From the NCBI GenBank assembly GCA_039545335.1, contig BCIN01000001.1, forward strand, positions 3,041,136-3,105,135: a DNA stretch of 64,000 nt, read 5' to 3'. The notes beneath the pieces are model-generated. The model was not told where the DNA came from. It made no database searches and saw only the letters and a list, made by a program, of their open reading frames with translations. Positions 1 through 12,479 of this stretch are shown here, piece after piece (the stretch's first letter is position 1; each line of letters starts with the position of its first letter). The position numbers were made by a program, and so were the translations under genes. Source of the stretch: Kondoa subrosea (lineage: Eukaryota).

Positions 1-223
1 GTTGACCAGCAAACACGCGTTTATGACCTGTTGCATATCAAATTTGTCTCTGTTGTGTTGTTGTGTTTTCGCACGTAAACTCTTATAAGGCCATCTTCTC
101 TTCTCATTCTCTTTTCATTCAAAAGACTTCTCCTGCATTCATAGCCCAGCTCTCAAGTCCCTCCTTTTTCGCATTATTGCTATTATACTTCATAATCCAG
201 TCCAAACTCTTCGACCCTCACAA

Positions 224-1060
224 ATGTACAAGCTCATAGTCGCCCTTACTCTTCTCGGTTTTACAAATGCTCTTCTGCGCGATACAGCTGATCCTGTTCA
301 AGATTGGCGATCTTTTCAAGATGCAGTCATCGACCGAGTCTCAGAAAACATTCAACGCGACCTCCTTCCTTCTTACGACCAGGGTTCAGTACGCTCCATG
401 TTGCAAGGACTGGAGCATTCTCTGGAAGCGAGGTTTCAGCGGGAATTGAGGGATGCTACATCGTGAGTAATACTACTGCTTGCTTTGAACCTAGCCGACG
501 ATTCCTTTCAGTCGCTCCGACCTTTATCCAGCTTGTGTTGAAGCAAGTGCTAGCTGTGTCGACGAAGCTTGTGGGTTTCAATTATTTGCCCATATGTCCT
601 GGTATTGACTTACATGCTGGCAGATTCGGAAGCCGTCTTCAACACACTCTCGTCTCGTTCATCGCGTGAAATCTTCGAGTCTACCGATGTTGTTGTTCAT
701 CACGCTTTGGCACTCTCTTCTTCCCTCTCCTCGATTCCGGCTCATGTCCGATCATCAAGACACCCTCGCCCTCTTCGACGTAAGAGAGGTCTCGACTCCT
801 TGGCTACTGCACCGGACCAAGTTGTTGATATGCTCCCAAGCGGTATGAAGAAGAGAAGTGTAGTCAAGGAAGCGGATACGATCAAGCAATCTTTGGCAAA
901 GATGCTTGCTTCTGCTCAGAAAAGTACATTGAGAGAAGCATGCGGATCTTCCAGTAGCTGTAGGCTCAATTCTACTAAACGAGTGAGTTCTTGCTGTGAC
1001 GCACGCAGTCTTGTGCTTTTGCTGATGCATGCCGCTTAGCCACTCATTTCCAACATTTGA
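224..1060 (+). CDS. Secreted hypothetical protein (4 exons) with dibasic cleavage sites
   Basis: Signal peptide MYKLIVALTLLGFTNA. GT-AG introns at about 463-511, 571-623 and 982-1039 join one frame ending PLISNI*. Contains RRKR and KKR. Confidence 0.7.
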
Positions 1061-2001
1061 TGGCGCCTGAAAGCGAGAACAGAAGTGCGGCAGGCAGAAA
1101 CCTTGTTCATTTTGTAACTAATACTAACATATAATACTACAAATAGTAATGCATGTTTCATAGTGTTATCATTATTCCTTTAGCACTATAACTTTGCCTT
1201 TCAATGTTTGATGGTATCACATAATATGTATATGTGCACTTGGTCCGTAGCTAGCTGATCGAGATCAAGCCTCGCCGCCGCTAGTTTGCAATGGCTGTTT
1301 AGCCTTACAACAGAACATCAGCAACTGGAACAGCGGTAAAAGAAAATGCTGCCTTGCCCATTGTGCTGCTGCCCCTCCACTCAGGTCAATAGCTTGTGCA
1401 CCCTTTTTGCCAATCTCCTTGAAGTATCCCTCCCTTTCACTAAGTTTCAGTACATTGCACGATGAGCAACCTTATTGGTTATAAGGAGGAGTATCATTGA
1501 TAAGGAGTTCAGCACATTCCCCCTGTTGTACGAGGCTGAGTCATGCGAGGTTCTTGAAGGCGAATGGAATCGATCGAGGCCAGAGCAGAACATTAAACGG
1601 AATGGTTGCAACGAACGCTTCAACTAGAGAGAAACATATTGGCTGACATATGTCTTCAATCACTGTGATACGGGACGCCGGGACAATGCAATAAAAGATC
1701 ATGCATCATCTTGGACGATTTTTGCAGTCTTGCTCGAGTACATCTACATCGCTGAGGGCAAGAAGACGGCGACGCTGATATTTGACAGCCAGGGAGAGCA
1801 ATTCATAGCATAAGAGTAAATCTCGAGGCTTTCAAGCCAGCTCTTGCAGCCGCACAATCTCGTATTGTATATTGACCATAGCAGCCTTGCAGCTGTATAC
1901 AGAAGCACAGATATCGGGCAGCGACATGGCTTTGAGCGGAAAACGCATGTCCAAGCACAAGTCGGACTCTTGAGCTCAAACCAGAACCATCTCTCTCTAA
2001 C

Positions 2002-2489
2002 ATGGAGCAATCAAGGGAACTCGTAGAGATTCCAAGGAGATTCATCAAGGTCAGCCAAGCAATTCCCTCCTCTTTGATTCTTCTATTCCGACGTGTTGTA
2101 ACATTCTTGTATTTTGGCTCGCCCTCATCCTACCTGTTCTGCGCTCAAAGTCATATAAAAGGATAAGAGTGTATGCTTATACATCTTATTCTATGCAAAA
2201 CAGGAAGGTCATCAATTCGTGAATCGGTGTACAAAACCAGACAAGAAAGGTAGTCTTCTCTTTAGTCACTTTCCTGCTTCAGGCTGTGTACTGATAACAA
2301 TTGCAAAGAATTTCTGGGTATCTGTTGGGCTGTAGCTGTTGGATTCGCAATCATGGGCACTTTGGGTTTCGTGGTCAAGTTGATTCATATTCCTATCAAT
2401 CATGTTTTGGTGTAAGTTTCTGCCTTTGCTCCTGCTCACTGTGTGTGCTGATGGGGTTCGCTGTGCGTGCTTACAGAGGAGGCGCATAA
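2002..2489 (+). CDS. SSS1: Sec61 translocon gamma subunit (4 exons)
   Basis: Spliced product MEQSRELVEIPRRFIK|EGHQFVNRCTKPDKKE|FLGICWAVAVGFAIMGTLGFVVKLIHIPINHVLV|GGA* carries the SecE/Sec61-gamma signature. Confidence 0.95.
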
Positions 2490-2700
2490 GGTGCGACTCG
2501 TCGTAGAGCGAATCAGATTCACACTGATTCGCTCGTCTGCTTTGCACAGCCGTCAAGAACAGATCATATCATTCGTACGGCATCAACCGGCATATCAGAC
2601 AATGCGAGGAGGGGGTGGAAGCATGATACAGCATTACAGTAATAGTACATTATTGCAAGAAACGAGAAAACTCATATACATAGCGCGACGTTCCCATGCT

Positions 2701-3775
2701 TTATGACCAAGCTATTTGTGTCTGAGTTCCGACAAATGCGGCGTCTCCATACTCAGCCTCTTCTGACGGTTCGTAACGTTTCTTAGGTGAAGCGTTTTGA
2801 TATAAGTCCTGTAAGCGTACAAGACAGCTGAGCCTTTATGCGACACAGCTTCTTACATCACTCACAAGAGGAATGAAACCGATCATATGCAGATCTCCAA
2901 ATCCGCCAACGTAGTATATTGTCGAAGGACTTTCAGATGAGGGAAATGAGTCGAGATTTCAGAAAACGCTGGAACAGCTTACTCAAACCTAGCCCAAATT
3001 GCCTGGTCGTGCGTGCAATTGAGCAATAGCGTTCATCTGCAGATGGAAGTTCGCTTACCCTGTGAATTTCATCTGTGCAGTACAAAAAGGATCTTAGCTC
3101 AGATGGAGCAAAGGACTAATTCGCAACGCACGAGGAGGAGCATACAACCTCGCTTCCGGATGATATTTCAAATAACTTTTTTTCGCTTCTTCTGCTTCAG
3201 GTTGATCATTTTCAATAGTTGTCACATTCCCAAACAAAGTCACTCGAGCTCTATTAACTGCCCAAACACCTTTGTGAGAATTTCTTTCTCCTTCTTCATC
3301 TTTTATTGCTAGAGTAACTGCTCGAGTAGGATCGGCGAAGACATTGTGAACCGTTTGAGCGATCTATTAGATTCATCAAGCTTCAATCGGGAGCTTGGAG
3401 GTAGTACAACGCACAGGCATGAGTAAGAGGTATAGAGAACCATTGCGCGGACCAGGAGCAAAGTATTCTAAAGAGGAAGCAGGTCTACCAGCTAAAGTGG
3501 GATGATCTGAGGGATAATTGGCTGCGAGGGTCGCTATTCCATCAGCTCTCTAGGAGTAAAGAATAAGAGATGATCCAGAAAGAGGGGAGATGGAAGAGAT
3601 CGAACATGAGCTAGTAGATGCCTGATATTGGCAGCTATTCCGACGCTCGATGTAAGCCTTGGATCGAAATTAAGGCAAAGGACGAACCCGCTTCTTCGAT
3701 AGTTTCCCTTGCTGTAATTGCTGCAGCTGATACGGCATGTAAGCTGACCAGAGCTGTGAGCAGAGAGAGCTTCAT
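2701..3775 (-). CDS. Secreted CREG-like / pyridoxamine 5'-phosphate oxidase-like split-barrel protein
   Basis: Signal peptide MKLSLLTALVSLHAVSA. Spliced motifs GIATLAANYP, LEYFAP, RARVTLFGNV, YLKYHPEA and IYYVGGFGDLHMIGFIPL. Confidence 0.8.
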
Positions 3776-3829
3776 CGTCCCTCGACAAGCGTGCCCTTTC
3801 CCAAACATCGATCAAATCTTTGTGAAATT

Positions 3830-5416
3830 ATGGTATGTGTTATGCTCCTTCTAGGTATGCGTGACTTTACTGACGCGTCGAAACATGCAGGCCCGCGCTC
3901 GTGAACCCGTTCGCTATCATTTCCCCTTCTATCTCGTTTTCTGTATATTTATTTCTATGTCTTTCTGTCCTGTGTCTAGTCATCTGGATCTGAAGAATCA
4001 GAAGTCGAACGTCCAAAATCGAACAGTAAGAAACGCGCTCGACCTTCAAAGAAATCAAAGAACGCTTCAGCTTCAGAAGAAGAGGAAGATGATGAAGAGG
4101 ATGGAAGTGATAATGCTCCTACTACAGCTAGAGGGAAGAGTAAGAGTAAGAAATCAGCACCTAAATTATCTGGAACTGTAAGTAAATTGCTTGCTCTAAT
4201 ACTTGGTAAAGGGAAACGCGTTTGCCATTTGAATTAAGGAATTGGAAGAGAAAGCTCAAGATATTGCTCGATTAGCTTTATGCGCTGAATTTCGTCGAAC
4301 TGCAATCAAAAGAGCTGAGATCAGTAAGAACGGTTCGTCGCATACACTTCCTTTGGATCAGTCAGGATCTATTGTGATGCTGGAAACGAACAGCTCTCGA
4401 TGGCAACAGTCGATCTTTCAACGCTGCCTTATCTCAAGCTCAAGAAATTTTACGTGATGGATTAGGCATGGAACTCGTTGAAGCTAGATCTAAAGGAACA
4501 GGTTTTGGTGTTTCTTTACCTGCAAAGAAGAAAAAGGGAGGGAAAAAGAAGGATGACGATTCCTCTGGAGACGATAACGCTAAAGAAGGAACGACCAAAC
4601 CTAAAGAACATAATTTCGTTGGATCGAAAACTTATGTCTTGCGAACGGTTTTGGATCCGAAATTGATTCTTTTGGCTGCTGATGTTGAAGAAGGAGGATC
4701 GTTTGAAGACAATGACATTACTCCACCTGAAGCTACTTCTGCCAAGAACAAAAGTTGGGCTAAAGATGATGGTGTTTTACTGAATTGGAAAAAGAGCGAT
4801 CAATTGCAGCATTTGGGTATCTTGCAAGTCATCCTTAGCTTAATCCTAGTTAGCGGTAGAGCTCTTCCGGATAGTCAGTTCTTCCTCATGTTCTATGTTA
4901 CTTTCCGCCATTGCTGATTATTGAAGCGTGACAGATCAACTTCGATCTTACCTTAAGAAACTTGATCTGAAAGGTCCCAACATTGTTCCTATGAATCCTT
5001 CAACAGCACCTTCAACAGCTATAACCAAACTCAACGTCGATGCACTTCTCGGAACTTTCCTCAAACAAGGTTATCTAGAAAAAGTACCCAACGCTTTAGC
5101 TCAAGCCCAAAAAGGAACTAACAGAGCTAATACGCAAGATGCTGCTGAAAAGAATGCAGAAGGTGGTGATCCAGGAATGGAATGGAGATGGGGTCCTAGA
5201 GCGGATATTGAGATGGGTGAACTCAACATTGCTAAGTTTGTAGAGAACTTTTATGGCGAACCTGAAGGTACGGAAGCGGAAACTGTGAAGCTCAAGAGAG
5301 CGGCGTTATATAAGAAGTGAGTTTATTTCGCTCCTGCTTTTCGAATGCTGATCAGCTATGTCTTTAGTCTCGAGCGAGCTGCGGGCGCTGCTCTCAAACC
5401 CGCGCAGGCAGCATAA
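3830..5416 (+). CDS. NSE3: MAGE-family Smc5/6 complex subunit Nse3
   Basis: ARLALCAEFRRTAIKRAEI, LGILQVILSLILVSG, FLKQGYL and EWRWGPRADIE are MAGE winged-helix motifs. First coding exon inferred to be ATG alone. Confidence 0.85.
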
Positions 5417-5536
5417 CTGCATGTAATATGTATTGTAGAGCATTACTAATATGCAAATCGAGGGTAGTATGTAAGACCTATTTGAGTCCACTCTGTGCAA
5501 TTTGCGTTTGGGCATTCATTCCCTTGCGTTTTACTT

Positions 5537-7124
5537 CTACAATACAAAGAATTCTGGCTTCAAGCCAATCCTGCATAGTCTGGCCAGCAGACCTCCGAGT
5601 TGTACTACCGTTCCGACACCTTGAAGAATGGTCATGTGAGACTCGCCGATGAGCTGATATTATGATCAGCCTAAAACCAAGAACAATGCAGCGCGAACAG
5701 ACTTTGATGAATTCCAGTCTGTGAAGTCGGTAATGCGTCCATCAGACAAATCTGACAGAGCGCGATCACTACTCACTTCAGATACTCAGGCAGCTCATCC
5801 ATACTCTTGGTCACCCTGAAGATAGTGCTAACGATATCTACCGCAGCATAACCTTGAACCCAAAGATAATCCAATTTGTCCAGCGCTTCATTCACATCGC
5901 CCCGTTGGCAAGCTTTGAGCATATCTTTGATCAATTCAGGATGCGGTTGATCGCAGACTTTGAAGACAGCTTCTTTGGAAATAATGCCGAAACCTGACCA
6001 AGTTGATTGAAGGTTGTTGATCGCTTGACGCATGTCACCTTCTGAGGTGAAGAGTAAAGCTTCTAGACCTTCTGGTGTTGATTTGACCTACCATAGCGTA
6101 AGTGGAATGCAAGCAGGAAGAAAAAAACAAGCATACGTTTTCCGCTTCACAGATTTCCATCAGACGCTTGAGAAGTTCAGAATCGCTCAGGCGACTGTAA
6201 CGTAGGATGGCACATCTGCAAACCAAACCAAACGACTTAGTCTTGCGAAGAGACGAAAGCTAGAAGGACCACTTGCCTACTCTGGATCGGTTCAATAATC
6301 TTATTCGACTGATTGCAAGCTAAAGCGAATCTGGTAGTATTGGAATAAATTTCCATTGTTCTTCTCAACGCTTGTTGAGCACCAGGCGTCATAGAGTCCG
6401 CTTCATCTAGAATAATGATCTTGTGCCGACCAGGAGGTAGAGTGACTTTCTTCTGCGCGAAAGTCTTGATTCGATTTCGTACAACATCAATACCTCTGCT
6501 CGAATGTGAGACAGTTTTTGAAGAAGGAGGAGAAGAGCTTGCCTTTCATCTGAAGCATTTAGCTCAAGAACACCTTCTTTGTAATTATCGCCCAACAAAG
6601 CATGGGCGAGCGCGAGAATAGACGTGGTCTTGCCGATACCAGGCATACCCTGTGGAGGTAACGCACAATCATTACCAAGGGTTGGACTCAGACTGGCAAA
6701 CTCACGCTAATGACAATGTGAGGACTTCGACACTTGCTTCAGCTGTTTTCACTCTACGAGAAAGCGGACCTACCAGTTTCCATCTTTAGCGATGACCTGT
6801 GATTCACCGATCGCGTCAGATGCTGAGCCATCTACAAAGCCGACCGAAAGCTCACCTTCAAGCGTTCGATAGTTTCGGTGTTTCCAACAATGTCCTTGAG
6901 ATATTTGGGTCGATAGTCTGTGAGGTATTGAGTACCACGAATCAGCACAGGCCGAATCAGCTGCCTCTTGCACTCACATTCGACCCTATTGACATTCGCA
7001 TGAAATCAGGCTGAAATCACAGTATTCAACGACGAGGAGCTGACCATGGCATCTCATAAGTGTTCAAGCTAGTCTCAGGCCGTTTCCCTTTATCTTTTGA
7101 GCTTGTCGCAGCTTCTGTAGACAT
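5537..7124 (-). CDS. RFC4: Replication factor C small subunit (yeast Rfc4 / human RFC2 type)
   Basis: MPWVEYYRP, Walker [47 protein letters not shown] and CDQPHP. Two GC-AG introns. Confidence 0.95.
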
Positions 7125-7319
7125 TGTGTCGTGTTTAGCGAAAGACAGAATTGATCGACGCGCTCGCTCTTAAATGAAGATAATCCTTTGACAATGACAA
7201 TGCTTTTCTCGTTACTACAGCCCTGTTTGTGTTGTATTCTAAGTTCACCTGATTACTTTCCTTTCACATCCTCTCATACAGTTTCCTTGAAATTGTTCTT
7301 CGCTCGCAGAGTAGCACTG

Positions 7320-8631
7320 CTATTGTTTAGCTTCTCCCTCAGCTTCTTCTTCATCTGCCATGATAGACTAGTACAAAGATGAGATAGACTTCAGACGCGA
7401 AGAAGGCATAAACTGACGCAAATTCGAGCCATCACATCCAATCCATGACGGTCATCTTTCCCCTTCTTCGACTTGCCATTCGATTTACCATTGATAGACA
7501 TGATCTTCGCTTGAGGAGCCACAGCAGGCACGACAATTTCACTTCCCTCTTGAACCGTAGCACCAGTATCAGGGAGATGGAGAACGCTAGCATCTACTTC
7601 TCCTTCTGCATCCTCTTCTTCACCTTCACCTTCTTTCTCGTCACTTTCTTTACTCGATGAAGCAGGAACATCTTTGACGAAATTGGCACCATCAAAAGTT
7701 TTACTCAATTTAGCGTCCAAAGTCCAACATCCTCCTTTCCCACTTCCTTTTTTTCCAGGAGAAGAAGTAACTCCAGTTTGTTGACATCTTTGAGTTCGAG
7801 AAATCTTGATGAAAACAGGTTTAAGTGATAAGAAATGTCTAACTGAGTTTTGCCAGGATTTCAAGTTTAAACCTTCACCATTCTCATTCTTGAAAAAGGG
7901 ATAAGTGGCCATAATGTAATCATAGATTTCATTCAAGGTTGCACATTGATCTGGATTGCAAGAAACGATGGCTTGAGCTGCTAAAGCTGCAAAAGTGAAG
8001 GGAGGTCTTTCGAGACTGTTTTGATGCTTTTGAAGCAATTTGACAGCAGCAGGGGTAGGTGTGAAGTTGCCGTTAGGGATTTGTAGGGCAGGTGTTGATG
8101 CTGTGGAAGTAGACGCTACGGGATGAACAGGTGTCAGAGGAAGTTGAGAGTGGGGTTGGGACTGGAACTGCTGAAGAGGGTCTTGGCCATGAGTGAAACT
8201 GCTAATAGAAGAGGGCATAGTTCCATCTGGCATAGGAAGGGGGAAAGCAGGATTATTCATCGATTGACTGAATGCGTTATCACCCATCAAGAACTGTGAG
8301 AACTGATTGCTTCCTCCAAAGTTGAACTGGGAAAGACCAGGACCAAAGAGAGCTGGATCCAACATTGGCATTCCCATAGAGTTGTTGTAAGCAAAAGGGT
8401 ACTGAGATTGGTTGCCTGCAGCAGACAGCGCTGGATCCAAGAAATCGAACGAAGGCATCAATCCCATGTCTTGAGTCCTCGCTTGAAGTTCAGACTCTGC
8501 CCTAGCATGTTGCTGTCGTTGCTTCTTGGGCGCACTTCATAAAAGCGATCAGTATTATTAGACGGAACCTGTTACAAGCTGGTGCAGGCTAACCTGGAGT
8601 CTTCCAAGTCCTCATTCGGTCGTTTGAGCAT
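7320..8631 (-). CDS. Forkhead-domain transcription factor
   Basis: RPPFTFAALAAQAI...TLNEIYDYIMATYPFF...WQNSVRHFLSL...FIKI...GKGGCWTL. Short first and last exons joined by GT-AG introns. Confidence 0.85.
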
Positions 8632-8983
8632 GTTATGCTTGCTCTGTGAATTCTGCGAGCTATCAGGCTGTTTCAAAGATGTAGATTAGCAAATTGTACT
8701 CGGACTCTAAGGCAACCGCAGAAAGGACGAGAGAAAGGGATTCAGGCGGGTATAGCAGTTTGACATAGATGAGCGAGCATGCGGGCGTCACTCACTGAAT
8801 CTGCTGACTTCCAGTGACAAAGTCGCTCCTTGTTGGTCAACAAAGTTTATTAATTGTTGATTTTCAAAGGTATAGGTATTCATGGAAGAATGGTCATCTG
8901 CAGTGAATTCAGCTAATGTAATGACTGAGACAGCGATCCAATTGGAGCATATGCATCGACACGCAAACTTCCGCCACGCCGCT

Positions 8984-9968
8984 TCACTTCTTCATGCACT
9001 TCTCGATCTTAGGCCTAGTGTACCGCATAAAACTCATCAAAGTACTTCCACCACCAAAGCAAGGGATCATCGCAGCATGAAGAGTGACGAAGCCGTGTGT
9101 TTCATACCAAGATACCTGTTTCCTAGGTATGAGTGGAGCGCTAAAAAGATCTAGGAGAAGAACCCCTACTGTTGCTGTATTGGCTGTCTCCAATAGTACG
9201 TCACAATCCAGCTCGTTAGCCTGAAAAATATTTCAGCTTTTCTTTGCATTAAAGGTGAATGGCATTATGTCTGACCTTTTCGATTATACTTTGCAGTAAA
9301 GTATGCCCGAGACCAAACCCCTGCTTCCATGGTGCGACCGCTAGTGTTTGGCAATACAGACTGATGAGCTTTTCTGAACGAGACCAAGCGATAGCCTCTG
9401 CTGCTTGATAGGCCAAAGCGAGCTGTCAGCAATCATCAGCATGTCCGCACAATTGGTCTGAGGCAAGTGATGTACCTCCTTGAGATATTCATCATGCGCA
9501 TCGCTGAAAGATTGCATTGGTGGAATCAGCTTCTTGGCCGGTGTCCCATCGTAATCGACACCAGGCGGCCAGCAGTTGGCAGCACCTAGGCAGCCTTCTA
9601 CACCATCTATGACGAAGATGAGACCTGTTTCTCGAGCCACAGCTGTTTGAGCGAGATAACGATCTGCCGTCTGCGTTGAAGCTGACAAGCCATATATTAA
9701 TTGCTGGACTGACTGTTCCACCTCGCTGGTTCCTCCGCATACTGTTAACAGCGATAAGCGGAATCTGTGAGAGATAAAAAGCAAAAGACCTACTGAAATT
9801 CCGATTGCTGATGTTTGTCTCGGATTTTTAGCATAGCCGAATGACAGAGCTTTCAGCTTGGCAACTTCTTCGAGTCCGTCATCTGCACGAACGAATTCAA
9901 AGCGGGCACGAGACGCTGGGCAAGTGAGACATACCTGACAGATGCGAAACGACGCGGACGTGATACAT
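8984..9968 (-). CDS. GNAT-family N-acetyltransferase
   Basis: Spliced motif A LYCQTLAVAPWKQGFGLGHTLL, followed by VLLETAN and WYETHGF. 5' exons less certain. Confidence 0.75.
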
Positions 9969-10855
9969 ATGCGGACGAAACTACTAGCAGAAGATCACAA
10001 CAAGAGGAAGAGGAGAAAGAGCAGAGATAAGAAGACAGCCAGACAGTGCCCAATCATCTCCAAAGAGGTTTCGAAGGTTCTGACTGCATTCAGACCATGG
10101 ACCACTTGCTAAATACACCCGAACGGAATAGAATACTGTAGATAGCAGAGTGATCTTCGCCAATTTGGCTTTTCACCGTGGGCTGATTTCTTCTCTTTCG
10201 TACGCCGGCACAACTTCGCTCAAAACATCGCTTGGATCGCGTATGAAGGTGCTACAAGCTCGCAGCAAAACATTAGAGGCATCGCACACCGCCTTTCTTG
10301 AGCCCAGGTGTAAACAATGGCCGACTCTCTCAAAGCAACTTTGGATTTCATGATTGTAATAAATTTGAGAAGACAACAGTCTGTCAAATGTCATGCGGTT
10401 GGTAACAGAAACGAGCTGCATACAGCCATGCCGGAATCCAAAAAGAGCTGCCTTACCCTGTACTTTTTCAGATGATATTTTCCACCAGTATTATATGGGT
10501 TCGACAAATATTTGGAAGTACATCCTGGGCTGCCTCATCTCCTCTTCTCTTCACCGCATCTGCTCCATTGCGCTCTATCAACCTTGCCTTGTTAACGGTT
10601 TATGTGCTCGCTTCAAGGCCATTCTTCGATCTCAACATGGACTTCCAAAACTCTTTGCAACGGGTTCTACAAGGCTCCATTGTCTCTCCGATTGCACCCT
10701 CTGTGTCGTTTACCTCAAGAAGAATGTGCCAATCATGGGCCAAACACAATTTCTAAGCTAATTACCGACGCGTTTGACGGGTAATCCGCGCGCATTCTCC
10801 GCATTGTCATACTAGTTCCGCTTGATATCTTTCTGCTGCTCTTCTTCCCGCAACG

Positions 10856-12236
10856 ATGTCAGCCAAACAATCAGGAAAGGTCGCTCTAGTCACAGGTTTG
10901 TTCTGCGTTCTGTAGCGTTACTTCGCTGTAACCCCGAACACAGGTTCTGCTCGAGGCATTGGCCGAGCCATTGCGTTGCGTCTAGCTGAAGATGGTGCTC
11001 ATGTCGCTGTCAATGATGTGGAAGCCTTGAGAGAAGAAGGAGAGAAAGTCGTGAAAGAGATTGAAAAGCTTGGAGTGAAATCTAAGTTCTACGTTTGTGA
11101 TGTGTAAGCCCAAATTTCACTTCGATGTTAGATAGAGCACTGACTGAACCGGTCACAGCTCTGACTTCGAGGCCGTACACAAAATGGTCGACTCTGTTGC
11201 TTCTGACCTCGGAAGCTTGGATGTTATGGTAGCCAACGCCGGTATTGCTCAGGTATGACTGTCATCTGTATGCTCTTCTTGCATTCATCGGTCTTGAAAA
11301 TCAGGTCAAAGCTCTCATTGATTGCCAACCTGCTGATCTCGCCCGAATCATGGATGTCAATTATACCGGTGTAGCCAATTGCTATATCGCTGCTGCCAAG
11401 CAGATGATTAAGCAAGGCACGGAAGGCCGTATCATCGGTGCTGTACGTACTTTATTGATGCACTCGACTGAGATTTCTGACACATCAATATGCAGGCCAG
11501 CATTGTTGCCTACCGACCTTTCCCCCTCTTAACACCTTACTCTGCCTCCAAATGGGCTGTGAAAGGTCTTACTCAAGGAGCAGCCATGGAGTGGGCAAAG
11601 TACAACGTAAACTGTTCTCACTGTCAAGCAGCAAACGGCTGATCCGTCCCCTATTTAGATTAGAGTATGCTGTTATGCGCCAGGCATGTAAGCAGCTCGT
11701 CTGAAACATATAGAACTACAGCTTACACTGAACTCTGACAGTGTTGACTCCAAGTAGAGCTTTCCAATGCTGCCAACTCTAAAGCTGAAACCCAAAAAAA
11801 TAGGATGTGGGATCTGATCGATGACGGTCTTGGTGAAGTTGCCGGCTCGTCAAAGAAGTATGAGCAACGCGATAGTTACGTGAAGTCACTTATTCACCTT
11901 GGTCCGGGAAGAATGTCAGTCTAGAGTCAGTAGTAAAGTACAGTATTTGCTCATGCTCTGCGCAGGTCTGTACCTACCGATGTAGCCAAAGTGGTCTCGT
12001 TCTTAGCTGGACCGTATGCTCTCTTTCCTCTAAATTGCTCAATGCTCATGCATATTCGCATAGCGATGCCGAGTACATGACCGGAGTGAGTTATTTCGTG
12101 CAATCCAGACCCTGCGCTGATAGCTGTATCAAGCAAACTGTGGTTGTCGATGGCGGTGAGTAATATTTGCAAGCCTTGCGATCCTTTCTCAAAACTGATT
12201 CAATGATTGATCATGACAGGCATGCAATTCGCCTAA
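10856..12236 (+). CDS. Short-chain dehydrogenase/reductase (acetoin/diacetyl reductase-like)
   Basis: VALVTGSARGIG, VMVANAG, catalytic YSASK and YMTGQTVVVDGG. About ten short introns. Confidence 0.92.
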
Positions 12237-12479
12237 GGGATAAGAAGTATGAGGCAAAATTGAATATGTCTATGTAAAAGCAAAGTTGTACCGGCCCCCA
12301 TCTGCAGGCTGTCTGATCCAGAAATGCGCATTGTTAATGTTGTTTCCACTCTTGTCTCAAACTCTGAATTTAGAAGTATATACCGCTATCGATTGGAAAA
12401 GAGTTGTGCTCTGCTTGCTGCCACAGTTGTCGCCGGCGCTGTCCTTCTCGACTACCCTCGACGATAGCCCTCGACGATT

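Noticed and set aside
10070..10790. Overlapping ORFs or a possible relic between the GNAT and SDR genes
   Set aside because: No family motif or coherent exon chain could be established.
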